This document shows, one piece after another, positions 43,221 to 55,200 of a stretch of DNA of 64,000 nucleotides. The stretch spans positions 1 through 64,000 of the forward strand of contig NIVC01002796.1 of the NCBI GenBank assembly GCA_002269645.1, written 5' to 3'. Origin of the DNA: Macrostomum lignano (Eukaryota). Each line of letters begins with the position of its first letter. Position 1 is the stretch's first letter. The notes beneath the pieces are model-generated. The model made no database searches. It was not told where the DNA came from and saw only the letters and a program-made list of their open reading frames with translations. The position numbers and the translations under genes were made by a program.

Positions 43221-46200
43221 AAAATACACTAAACCCCTTCATAGCAACCCAAACCCAGTCATCTGGACAGCACCCAGACACACAGAGCTCCCATCCCGGG
43301 CAGCCTACCTCGGGATGCGACACGGTCAGCCGGTACTCGTCCTCGCTATTATTCGGGCTGGCCTCTCGGTTCTGAGCTTCCAGGTTCAACTGCCGGAACG
43401 AGGCCACCCTGGGCACGGACAGGAAGTCGTCCGCCTCGGACACGCTGTCCCTGTGACCGCCGCCTCCGCCGCCTCCGCCGCCGCCTCCCAGAACCCGGCG
43501 CTGCCATTTCCTCTGGCGGTTGAGCTCAGCCCATCGCTTCCGCTCCGCCTCCTGCAAGCCAGAAAGAGAGACGGTTTAAGGAAAAAACAGACTTTATGTT
43601 CGAACTTCCCCAATTCAGCTTTTCTGCACCAATCTGCACTTTGACCATTGTTGGTGAGGATGCGAGTCTCAATCTAGTCTTCACTGATCTGCACTTTGAC
43701 CATTGTTGGTGAGGATGCGAGTCTCAATCTAGTCTTCACTGATCTGCACTTTGACCATTGTTAGTGAGGATGCGAGTCTCAATCTAGTCTTCACTGATCT
43801 GCACTTTGACCATTGTTGGTGAGGATGCGAGTCTCAATCTAGTCTTCACTGATCTGCACTTTGACCATTGTTGGTGAGGATGCGAGTCTCAATCTAGTCT
43901 TCACTGATCTGCACTTTGACCATTGTTGGTGAGGATGCGAGTCTCAATCTAGTCTTCACTGATCTGCACTTTGACCATTGTTGGTGAGGATGCGAGTCTC
44001 AATCTAGTCTTCACTGATCTGCACTTTGACCATTGTTGGTGAGGATGCGAGTCTCAATCTAGTCTTCACTGATCTGCACTTTGACCATTGTTGGTGAGGA
44101 TGCGAGTCTCAATCTAGCCTTCACTGATCTGCACTTTGACCATTGTTGATGAGGATGCGAGTCTCAATCTAGTCTTCACTGATCTGCACTTTGACCATTG
44201 TTGGTGAGGATGCGAGTCTCAATCTAGTCTTCACTGATCTGCACTTTGACCATTGTTGGTGAGGATGCGAGTCTCAATCTGGCCTTCACTGATCTGCACT
44301 TTGACCATTGTTGGTGAGGATGCGAGTCTCAATCTAGTCTTCACTGATCTGCACTTTGACCATTGTTGGTGAGGATGCGAGTCTCAATCTAGTCTTCACT
44401 GATCTGCACTTTGACCATTGTTGGTGAGGATGCGAGTCTCAATCTATTCTTCACTGATCTGCTCTTTAATCATTGTATAAACTTTCAACCGGGCACAATA
44501 TCAATTCCACAGCTGATGCTCTGTCCTGATTTTTGATTGGCTCGCCTCGTCCCTTCGTGTACAAACTTCATCACGTGACTGCCTTCCCTTTATCTTATAT
44601 ATGTTGCACTCCATGGTGCCACTTCTCCTAAAACTCCTTAACCTAGGATAACCTACTAATTTGTCATATGCTTTGCCTGTCAACATTGTAAGCCAGATCT
44701 GACCTCCTCTTTCTGATGCTGCACCAGGTTCTTCACGTGCTGCAACAGCTCGTCAATCTTCGATTCGGTGGAGTCCTCGTCCTTAGCGGACAGGCAGAGA
44801 GCCCGGTTCATTGGGAAAAAGTCGTATTTTTCCTCTATGAGCTGCGGGTGGGTTTAGTGAGGCAGTCATTTACAGGACGTACATGGATACGTTTATGTAC
44901 ACAGGCACACAGATTGTGCATGTACACAGGCACACAGATTGTGCATGTACACAGGCACACGGATTGTGCATGTACACAGGCACACGGATTGTGCATGTAC
45001 ACAGGCACACGGATTGTGCATGTACACAGGCACACGGATTGTGCATGTACACAGGCACACGGATTGTGCATGTACACAGGCACACGGATTGTGCATGTAC
45101 ACAGGCACACGGATTGTGCATGTACACAGGCACACGGATTGTGCATGTACACAGGCACACGGATTGTGCATGTACACAGGCACACGGATTGTGCATGTAC
45201 ACAGGCACACGGATTGTGCATGTACACAGGCACACGGATTGTGCATGTACACAGGCACACGGATTGTGCATGTACACAGGCACACGGATTGTGCATGTAC
45301 ACAGGCACACGGATGCGTACATGTACACAGGCACACGGAAGCGTAAATGTACACAGGCACACGGATTGTGCATGTACACGTACAGGCACACGCTCACACA
45401 GGGTGCTTAGCGGCTTCGACTTTCTTTTTTGTCAGACACCGAGGAATACGAGTATGAGCGCGCAAGGACTCAAACCGGGGACCTGGACTTTGGGGCCACC
45501 CAAAAGGGAGCGCCATAGGAAATTGTTTTTGCCATTTTTTGAGGCTGCAGATGAAAAGTTTTGAACTACTTGAAACGCCTCTTGAAGCCAACACAGAGGC
45601 TAAAAATTTAAGCAACGCATCTGATTAGTAAAAATGGCGGCCCCGGACACCGAAAATGGCGCTCTCGCTGACACCCAAAGTGGCACCCGTACAACCCAAA
45701 GCGGCGCTTCGACACCTAAAACGGCGCTCCGACACCAAAAACGGCGCCCCGACACCCTAAATGGCGCCCTCTCCGACACCCAAAATGGCGCCCTCTACGA
45801 CACCCAAAATGGCGCCCTCTACGACACCCAAAATGGCGCCCTCTCCGACACCCAAAATGGCGCCCTCTCCGACACCCAAAATGGCGCCCTCTCCGACACC
45901 CGAAATGGCGCCCTCTCCGACACCCAAAGTGGCGCCCTCTACGACACCCAAAATGGCGCCCTCTACGACACTCAAAATGGCGCCCTCTCCGACACCCAAA
46001 ATGGCGCCCTCTCCGACACCCGAAATGGCGCCCTCTCCGACACCCAAAGTGGCGCCCTCTCCGACACCCAAAATGGCGCCCTCTCCGACACCCGAAATGG
46101 CGCCCTCTCCGACACCCAAAGTGGCGCCCTCTCCGACACCCAAAGTGGCGCCCTCTCCGACACCGAAATGGCGCCCTCTCCGACACCCAAAGTGGCGCCC

Positions 46201-49200
46201 TCTCCGACACCCAAAGTGGCGCCCTCTCCGACACCGAAAGTGGCGCCCTCTCCGACACCGAAAGTGGTGCCCTCTCCGACACCCAAAGTGGCGCCCTCTC
46301 CGACACCCAAAGTGGCGCCCTCTCCGACACCCAAAGTGGCGCCCTCTCCGACACCCAAAGTGGCGCCCTCTCCGACACCAAAAGTGGCGCCCTCTCCGAC
46401 ACCCAAAGTGGCGCCCTCTCCGACACCAAAAGTGGCGCCCTCTCCGACACCCAAATTGCATTCTCTCGAAGCAAAAAGAATCACAACGACGAAAAAAGTA
46501 AAAGTACAAAGCGAACCCACCAGTTTGTACACGTGCAGCTCCAACGAGGTGTAGTCATTCTTGGCCGTGTCCTGCAGGTGAATGAAGAAGAATATGTAGG
46601 CCCACATGTTGTGCTCGTTGCGCACGTGATAGTCGAAGCCCTGGCCGTGGTGCTCGAAATCGTAGTTGCTGCGCGAGCAGATGAAGCAGTTGTCGCGCAT
46701 GTCCACCTCGGCTGTCCATTTCATGTTGCGCAGCTCGCTGAACGTGTCAACAATGATGCCGAAGATGATGTTGAGGCCGACCGTGGTGATCAGGATGAAG
46801 AACACGATGTGAAATATGGCCATCCAGAAGAATGAGTCGAAGGTTGGCGAGTCCTCGCGAGGCACCATGTTCTGCGGGAGTTGAGGTGGGATTTGGGATT
46901 CTTGAGACAGCCAAGTGTCAGCGGAAACAGTAGAGTGACAGAGGAGACAGTAGAGTGACAGAGGAGACAGTAGAGTGACAGAGAAGAGAGTAGAGTGACA
47001 ATGCAGACATCTGAGTGACAGAGAAAACAGTAGAGTGACAGAGAAGAGAGTAGAGTGACAGAGGAGACAGTAGAGTGACAGAGGAGACAGTAGAGTGACA
47101 GAGAAGAGAGTAGAGTGACAGAGGAGACAGTAGAGTAACAGAGGAGAGAGTAGAGTGACAGTGCAGACATCAGAGTGACAAAGAAAACAGTAGAGTGACA
47201 AAGGAGACAGTAGAGTGACAGAGGAGACAGTAGAGTGACAGAGGAGACAGTAGAGTGACAGAGGAGACAGTAGAGTGACAGAGGAGACAGTAGAGTGACA
47301 GAGGAGACAGTAGAGTGACAGAGGAGACAGTAGAGTGACAGAGGAGACAGTAGAGTGACAGAGGAGACAGTAGAGTGACAGAGGAGACAGTAGAGTGACA
47401 GAGGAGACATCAGAGTGACAGAGGAGACAGTAGAGTGACAGAGGAGACAGTAGAGGGAAAAATGACAGGCAGCGAAGCATCGGGAGCGACAGTAGGGTGA
47501 TACATAAAGTAGTGAACTGCCTCAGAAGCCAGACTCAGGGCACTGCTGCGGTCCTCACCTCGAACAGATCCCCAATGAGTCCAAAGCGCAACACGGTCAC
47601 AAAGCATTGGCTGAGGTCCGAGCAGAACATGAGGCCGCCGAAACCTCGGCGAAGCCTTGCGAAAGCCAGCACGGAGAACAGGTACATGATGGCGATGCCC
47701 AGCACAGACACCCAGATCAGGGAGAGGCCTGAGCAGGTTCGGTGGGGAATTTGTTATATTTTGACTGCCTCCACGTTTGAGACAAGGCTCAAACGACAAC
47801 TGCTAGAGACAACTGGTTAGAGACAACTGGCTAGAGACAACTGACAAGAGACAACTGGCTAGAGACAACTGGCTAGAGACAACTGGCTAGAGACAACTGG
47901 CTAGAGACAACTGGCTAGAGACAACTGACTAGAAACAACTGACTAGAGACAACTAACTAGAGACAACTGACTAGAGACAACTGACTAGAGACAACTGACT
48001 AGAGACAACTGACTAGAGACAACTGACTAGAGACAACTGACTAGAGACAACTGACTAGAGACAACTGACTAGAGACAACTGACTAGAGACAACTGGCTAG
48101 AGACAACTGACTAGAGACAACTGACTAGAGACAACTGACTAGAGACAACTGACTAGAAACAACTGACTAGAGACAACTGACTAGAGACAACTGGCTAGAG
48201 ACAACTGACTAGAGACAACTGACTAGAGACAACTGACTAGAGACAACTGACTAGAGACAACTGACTAGAAACAACTGACTAGAGACAACTGACTAGAAAC
48301 AACTGACTAGAAACAACTGACTAGAAACAACTGACTAGAGACAGCCGACTGTCTCACCATTCATGGTGACAGCCTGAATGACTCCCTGCAGCAGCTGGTT
48401 ATTGTTGACCATGTTCAGCAGGTGGAAGGCGAAGAAGTACGGACAGTAAAAAGTGCCAGCAAAGGCGCAGGCGGCGAAGGACAAGTAGTACAGCGTGGCT
48501 ATGCTGAACAGGTTGACAGCCAGTTTGTTGCCGCCCTCGCTGCCGCGGTCCCTGCAGTCGGCCGGGTCGTCCTCTTCGTCGGCTTTGGCGCGGCGCAGGC
48601 GGCGCAGCCGATCCCGGATGCGGCGCACGTTCGGCGGCTCCGGATGGTTGGCAACGAAGAAGGCCAACAGGATGACTATGGCCAGGATGTCCATGGTGTA
48701 CGCGAATGCATCCTTCCACATCTCCAGGTGCTCGAACTGCGACTTCCAGCGGGCAGATTCGCTGATCAGAATTGGAGTTGGGAACAGATTGCTCAGCCTG
48801 AGGCTGGGATTCTGGTTGGCTCATTTCCACATGGATTTGATTGGCTCACAACCACTCGAATCTGATTGGATCACTCAAATCTGATTGGCTCACACTCACT
48901 AGAATCTGATTGGCTGTGACTCACTCGAATCTGATTGGCTAAGAGTCGCTTAAATCTGATTGGCTCACACTCACTGGAATCTGATTGGCTGTGACTCACT
49001 CGAATCTGATTGGCTAAGAGTCGCTTGAATCTGATTGGCTTACACTCACTGGAATCTGATTGGCTGTGGCTCATTCGAATCTGATTGGCTAAGAGTCGCT
49101 TGAATCTGATTGGCTTACACTCACTGGTATCTGATTGGCTGTGGCTCATTCGAGTCTAATTGTCTCAGACTCACTCGAATCCGATTGGCTTACACTCAGT

Positions 49201-52200
49201 CGACTCGAATCTGATCTTGGCTCACACTCACTCGCATCTGAATGGCTCGGACTCACTGGAATTTGATTGGCTCTCACTCCCTCGAATCTGATTGGCTCAC
49301 ACAAACTTTTATTGGAAATGAGTAAACATGTACAAAAAAATAGACTTCATTTTTAAAAAAGGAGCAATAAAAAGGCTAATCAAATTGCGCTCACTTGGCC
49401 GGAATGGTAAACATGCCAGTGTCCGCCAGCATTGTGGGCGTGTCAGTAGCTTCCAGGCCAATCAGCATGATTAGGTTGATAATAACGGCAGTCAAGGTTG
49501 CGGCGTGGTTCCAGATGAGCCACAGTCGAGTCAGCAATATAGTAAACGGGTTTGACAGCACTTTCTTCTGATAGTGAATGTCCTTCAGTATAGCCTTAGT
49601 CCAGTCCATGAAGTCGCGGATCTTCGTGCTGGGCGAGGACCTGTCCACGTTCCATTTCAGCTTCTCTTTGAGTTCTTCGCGGAGAACATTCTGAATTATG
49701 AGATTTACAGTAGTGGATTTTTTATGTTTGATAGCACTATTTATACTACTTACTAACTAATAAGTAGCATTTGACAGAACTTGCCTTGTTTCTCACTCGA
49801 AAGTGAACCTTCTGCAGGTTGTCATTTTTCAGAATCTCAATTGTCATTGCGTTCTTTTTGAAGAATTTGAATGCCTTCTGCTGAATGTCGCTAATCTGCA
49901 GCTCTGTAAATTAACGAATGGATTGTAAGAATAATAATAAGAGGATGCAGAGAAAGGGTGGGGAGAGGAGGGTGAAGAGAGAAGGGTGGGGAAAAGAGGG
50001 TGGGGAGAAGAGGGTGGGGAGAAGAGGGTTGGGAGAAGAGGATGGGGAGAAGAGGGTGGGGAGAAGAGGGTGGGGAAAAGAGGGTGGGGAGAAGAGGGTG
50101 GGGAGAAGAGGGTGGGGAGAAGAGGGTGGGGAGAAGGAGGGTGGGGAGAAGAGGGTGGGAAGAAGAGGGTGGGAGAAGATGGTGGGGAGAGAAGGGTGGG
50201 GAGATGGTGGTATGCAACAGACAAAGAATAGGATTCAGATCAAGAACTAAAATAGAAAAAATACCACAGAAAAACGATTGCACTGAACAGATTTGATAGA
50301 CAAAATAGATAAGGACACGATTTGTCAGAATAATTTTTAGCAGCAAATAGCAGCAAAGGCAAAGAAGAAAATCAATTTGTTCTGCTTGCTTTAATAAAAG
50401 TAAAAAAGCGCCAGTGCGAGCTGTGTAACTCTTCTGATTTCGATGAAGACATTTCTGCCCCGCTTGTGCCTGTCACTCATGTAATTAAGATTATGTTTGC
50501 TACAATTGTTTGCAGTCATTTTATAGTGCTTCTCTTCACATCTTAAGAAAAAGACCGTGACCAATAAATCAATAATTAAAACGGATTAATATTTAATCGC
50601 CGACTTAATACGAGGACAGGCAAAGGTAGGCATTTTTTCGGGTTTACCTCTTCCATACGGGTCTGAATCTGCAAGCATTGGAGCAGCAAAGAGATCAGTT
50701 GAGGATCAATGGTGGCAGGGTTAATGAGATTAAAGGAACTCAATTTGTATGCAAGTCAGCAGTGGTTGAGCACAGTAAAGCACAACATCAGCTAGCTTGG
50801 GATTCAAAGCGATATGGATTCGGTTGATTGCTAGCTCAGGTGTTTGCTAAGCTGTTCTACATGACCAACTTCTCAGAGCTGAGTTTGGCGATGGACTCAC
50901 CTTTCTTGCCCATGGCCGGGTCAATGTCGTACAGCCGGGCCAGGATCACGTAGAACGTGAAGCCGACCTCGCACATGGCCTCCTTGAGCTCGCGGTTCTC
51001 CTCCTTCTTCTGCAATGGGTTGGCGAAGTGGGCTGAAATGGGATTCTGGCGATGGAGATCATTATGGGATTCTAGTGATGTAAACCATTATGGGATTATG
51101 GTGATGGAGATCATTTTAGGATTCTGGTGATGGAGATCATTTTGGGATTCTGGTGATGGAGATCATTTTGGGATTCTGGTGATGGAGATCATTATGGGAT
51201 TCTGGTGATGGAAATCATTTTGGGATTCTGGTGATGGAGATCATTATGGGATTCTGGTGATGGAGATCATTATGGGATTCTGGTGATGGAGATCATTTTG
51301 GGATTCTGGTGATGGAGATCATTATGGGATTCTAGTGATGGAGATCATTATGGGATTCTAGTGATGTAAACCATTATGGGATTATGGTGATGGAGATCAT
51401 TATGGGATTCTGGTGATGGAGATCATTTTGGGATTCTGGTGATGGAGATCATTATGGGATTCTGGTGATGGAGATCATTATGGGATTCTGGTGATGGAGA
51501 TCATTTTGGGATTCTGGTGATGGAGATCATTATGGGATTCTAGTGATGGAGATCATTTTGGGATTCTGGTGATGGAGATCATTATGGGATTCTAGTGATG
51601 GAGATCATTATGGGATTCTAGTGATGTAAACCATTATGGGATTATGGTGATGGAGATCATTTTGGGATTCTGGTGATGGAGATCATTTTGGGATTCTGGT
51701 GATGGAGATCATTTTGGGATTCTGGTGATGGAGATCATTATGGGATTCTGGTGATGGAGATCATTTTGGGATTCTGGTGATGGAGATCATTATGGGATTC
51801 TGGTGATGGAGATCATTTTGGGATTCTGGTGATGGAGATCATTATGGGATTCTGGTGATGGAGATCATTATGGGATTCTGGTGATGGAGATAATTATGGG
51901 ATTATGGTGATGGAGATAATTATGGGATTCTGGTGATGGAGATCATTATGGGATTCTGGTGATGGAGATCATTATGGGATTCTGGTGATGGAGATCATTA
52001 TGGGATTCTGGTGATGGAGATCATTATGGGATTATGGTGCTGTAAACCATTATGGGATTCTGGTGATGGAGATCATTATGGGATTATGGTGATGTAGATC
52101 ATTATGGGATTATGGTGATGGAGATCATTATGGGATTATGGTGCTGTAAACCATTATGGGATTCTGCTGATGTAAACCATTATAGGATTCTGGTGATGGA

Positions 52201-55200
52201 AATCATTATGGGATTCTGACGATCACCAATGGTCCCGTCGAGATCCCTCAGGATCATTCCCCAAACGCAGGGCAAACGGAGCGCCCGCATCTGAGACGTC
52301 AGGTCGCTCCAACTCACAAAGAGTCGCACAAGGAATCCGCCGTCCTTGCCAGTCCGCTGCTGGGCCTCGTAGCACTCGGACATGGCCCGGTAGAGAGCGC
52401 CCTTGTCCAGCGTGTCCTTCACCTCCCTAGCGATTACCAGAGCCTCGGGAGAATTCTCCTCAATCAGCGAGATCACCAGGTTGGCGATGGTCTGGCGCAG
52501 TTGCACCACCTGCTGAGGCTCGCAGCTTTCGAAGTCGGAGCTGCGCAGAATGAAGTTTATATAGTCGATGATTTTGTTGTCGTACACGGTTGCCCGGTTC
52601 TCCTGGTTGCCCTGGATCATTGTTTGCGGGATTTTTGTAGTCTGTAATATTCTTGAGTAATTGAAGACTCCGGGAGAATAACAAGAAGAGAAATATCAAC
52701 ACAAACATTTAATGTCTACGCGTTTCGCCTATCCGACGACTTTCCAGTTGATTTTTTTTAAGTTCCAAAGATCAGGAGAACTTCTTTAAACTCATTAACT
52801 ACACTCACTTCAACATGAAACTCACGGATGAGGGAGGTGACAAGAAAACCGCAGGGACATCATGGCGGTGACCATGGCCCTCTCTCGCTCTCTAGGCATC
52901 GTTACCTCCAGTGAAACATCCGCAATGAGGAATGCCCCCTTCTGCCTCTCCGGTGATGAGAATGCGAAGCACTTCATCTGTGAGTGCCCCGCCTTTACTC
53001 AGGACAGGCTCACCTACCTCGGCGCAAACCCGGGCCTTTCCGACGTTGGAAAGCCTCAGAATATCTGCCAGCTCGTCCGCTACCGGGCGAGCGACCATCC
53101 ACCTCCTGGACTCTCCGGATCTCCCTGCGCGACACCGCAGCACCAACTGCCCGAGGTTGTCAGAGGTTAGCGCAATGGGCGTCGACGCCTCCCCGCTGTA
53201 TCCGGATGCCCAGAACCCCCTGTAGCTGAGTCAAGTCAAGTAAAGAGATGACAAGAAACTCCCATTTTCTTGACACCGAAGTGGAGTGTACTGGAAGCTC
53301 TTTTGGTACCAAGGTTTACCGAGAGCCCGGAGCTGATGCTGAACTAAAATAATTGAAAAATGGCCTGGTAAGATGGTTCATGCACAGAGCCTTATGATGT
53401 GTGCAGCTCATGGGACTTGTTTCACCAAGAAGGGCCTCACCTTGACCAACTTTCTCAGAACTAATAGCTACCACAAGGTCTCATCAATCGCACGGTCTTG
53501 CCGCTGAAAAATGACTTCTAGGCTGAACAAGCCTCCTAACCTGGATCCTGATGATACTTTCTTAATTTTGATTTCATTTTCGGAGCAAATCTCACCCCAT
53601 TAAAAAGTTTGAGAAAAGTTTCCATCAATGAAAAAACGAGGCCGTTTTGTGAGTATAGATTCAAATCCATTGCGCTCTTTCCGTCAAGGCTCGTGTTGCA
53701 GACTCGATCGGTAGGATGAGACCCCGATCCAGAAAATCTTGGTCCTATCTGACCTCTCTTACTGTACACCAGGTGCTCACAGCCATCTGAGCAACCCAGC
53801 TGACAAAGCAACTCACAGCACAGAACTCATTAACCGTGGAGAACAGCTGGATGAGCAAATCGATCGTGTCACCGTTGATATTCGAGTAGGCAACGTTGAT
53901 GAACTGGGAGACTTCGGCCACGATGTTGAACGACTTGATGTTGTCCGGCTGCTCGCGCAGGTAGTTCTGCAGACCAAAGTGCTGCCCGTCGCAGATGCTG
54001 GCCAGGACCTTCAGCACCAGGGCGATGTAGCCGTCGTCTTTCATAGAGATCGTCTCATCTTCATCGTGAGTCTGGCTAGCCAGGTTTTCCTGTCGGGATA
54101 GAGCGCTGGCAATTGACTTTCCGCGTGTCTATAATGCACCACTTTGCATAGGACGATTGCATTGAAATAATATTTAACCAACAATTGACATTCGACTTCT
54201 TTTTCTTTAGTTTTTTGGAGCGGTTTAGCGTCCTATTCCCAACTACAATACTTTAATTAACTAAAGTAAATAATAACAATAATAATATATATAATAGTAA
54301 ATAGTAATAGTAAATAATAACAAACAATAATATTGCACACAAAAACTAAATTGTGGCACACCTTCTGACGAAAATTTCCCTTTTTGAACTGTTAGCCAGC
54401 TGCAATGACAGCCAAATTTACTTTGTACTTGCATTTGACTGGAAACATTTGAAACACAGAGACTCACCACCTCAGCACCGGAGTCGGAGCTGGCCGATTC
54501 TTCCAGCAGGCTCTGCGCCATCGGCTCCTGACTCTCGCCTTTCAGCCCGTTGGCGAATGCCACCTTCTTGTTGCCACTGCCGCCGCTCTTCTTGCCACTG
54601 CTGTTGCTCGGCGTTTGACTGCCAGACTCTTTGCGACGTTTGGTCATCATTGACTGCGACTGCATCTTGGTGAGGCTGACTCGGCGCTGCAGTTAACCAA
54701 GAATTCTATCATTTGTCTTGCTCTGTTCATAGTGACTTCTCTGTGCTAACGAGTGAAAGATACAGCATAAGTTAGGCCTTACCGTGAGATCATTGTTGGC
54801 CTGTTCAATCTTCATCTCGATGCGGTACTGCTTGATTTGCTGCACGATAAATTATGATGGTCGATTTTCAAATTTAAAACGAAACGAGCTTTAAACAGTA
54901 TGGGCATGAGCGAGCAGGTGTACTCGTAGTATCGAAGTCGCCAATGGCGGTTGTGATGCCCTCTCTGGTCCACTAAAGTCACCAATAGCTGGTTGCGATG
55001 CCCTCTCTGGTCCACTAAAGTCACCAATAGCTGGTTGCGATGCCCTCTCTGGTTCACTAAAGTCACCAATAGCTGGTTGCGATGCCCTCTCTGGTCCACT
55101 AAAGTCACCAATAGCTGGTTGCGATGCCCTCTCTGGTCCACTAAAGTCACCAATAGCTGGTTGCGACGCCCTCTCTGGTTCACTAAAGTCACCAATAGCT

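Noticed and set aside
43634-44465. CRISPR-like appearance of the 55-bp, 48-bp and 42-bp arrays
   Set aside because: Units are contiguous with no unique spacers, there are no cas genes, and the context is eukaryotic introns.
45972-47480. 502-aa ORF treated as one protein
   Set aside because: Only 46871-46521 is an IP3R exon; the flanks are 20-bp and 24-bp intronic repeats.
53380-53525. C/D box snoRNA in an IP3R intron
   Set aside because: Imperfect C box, no terminal stem and no recognisable guide sequence.
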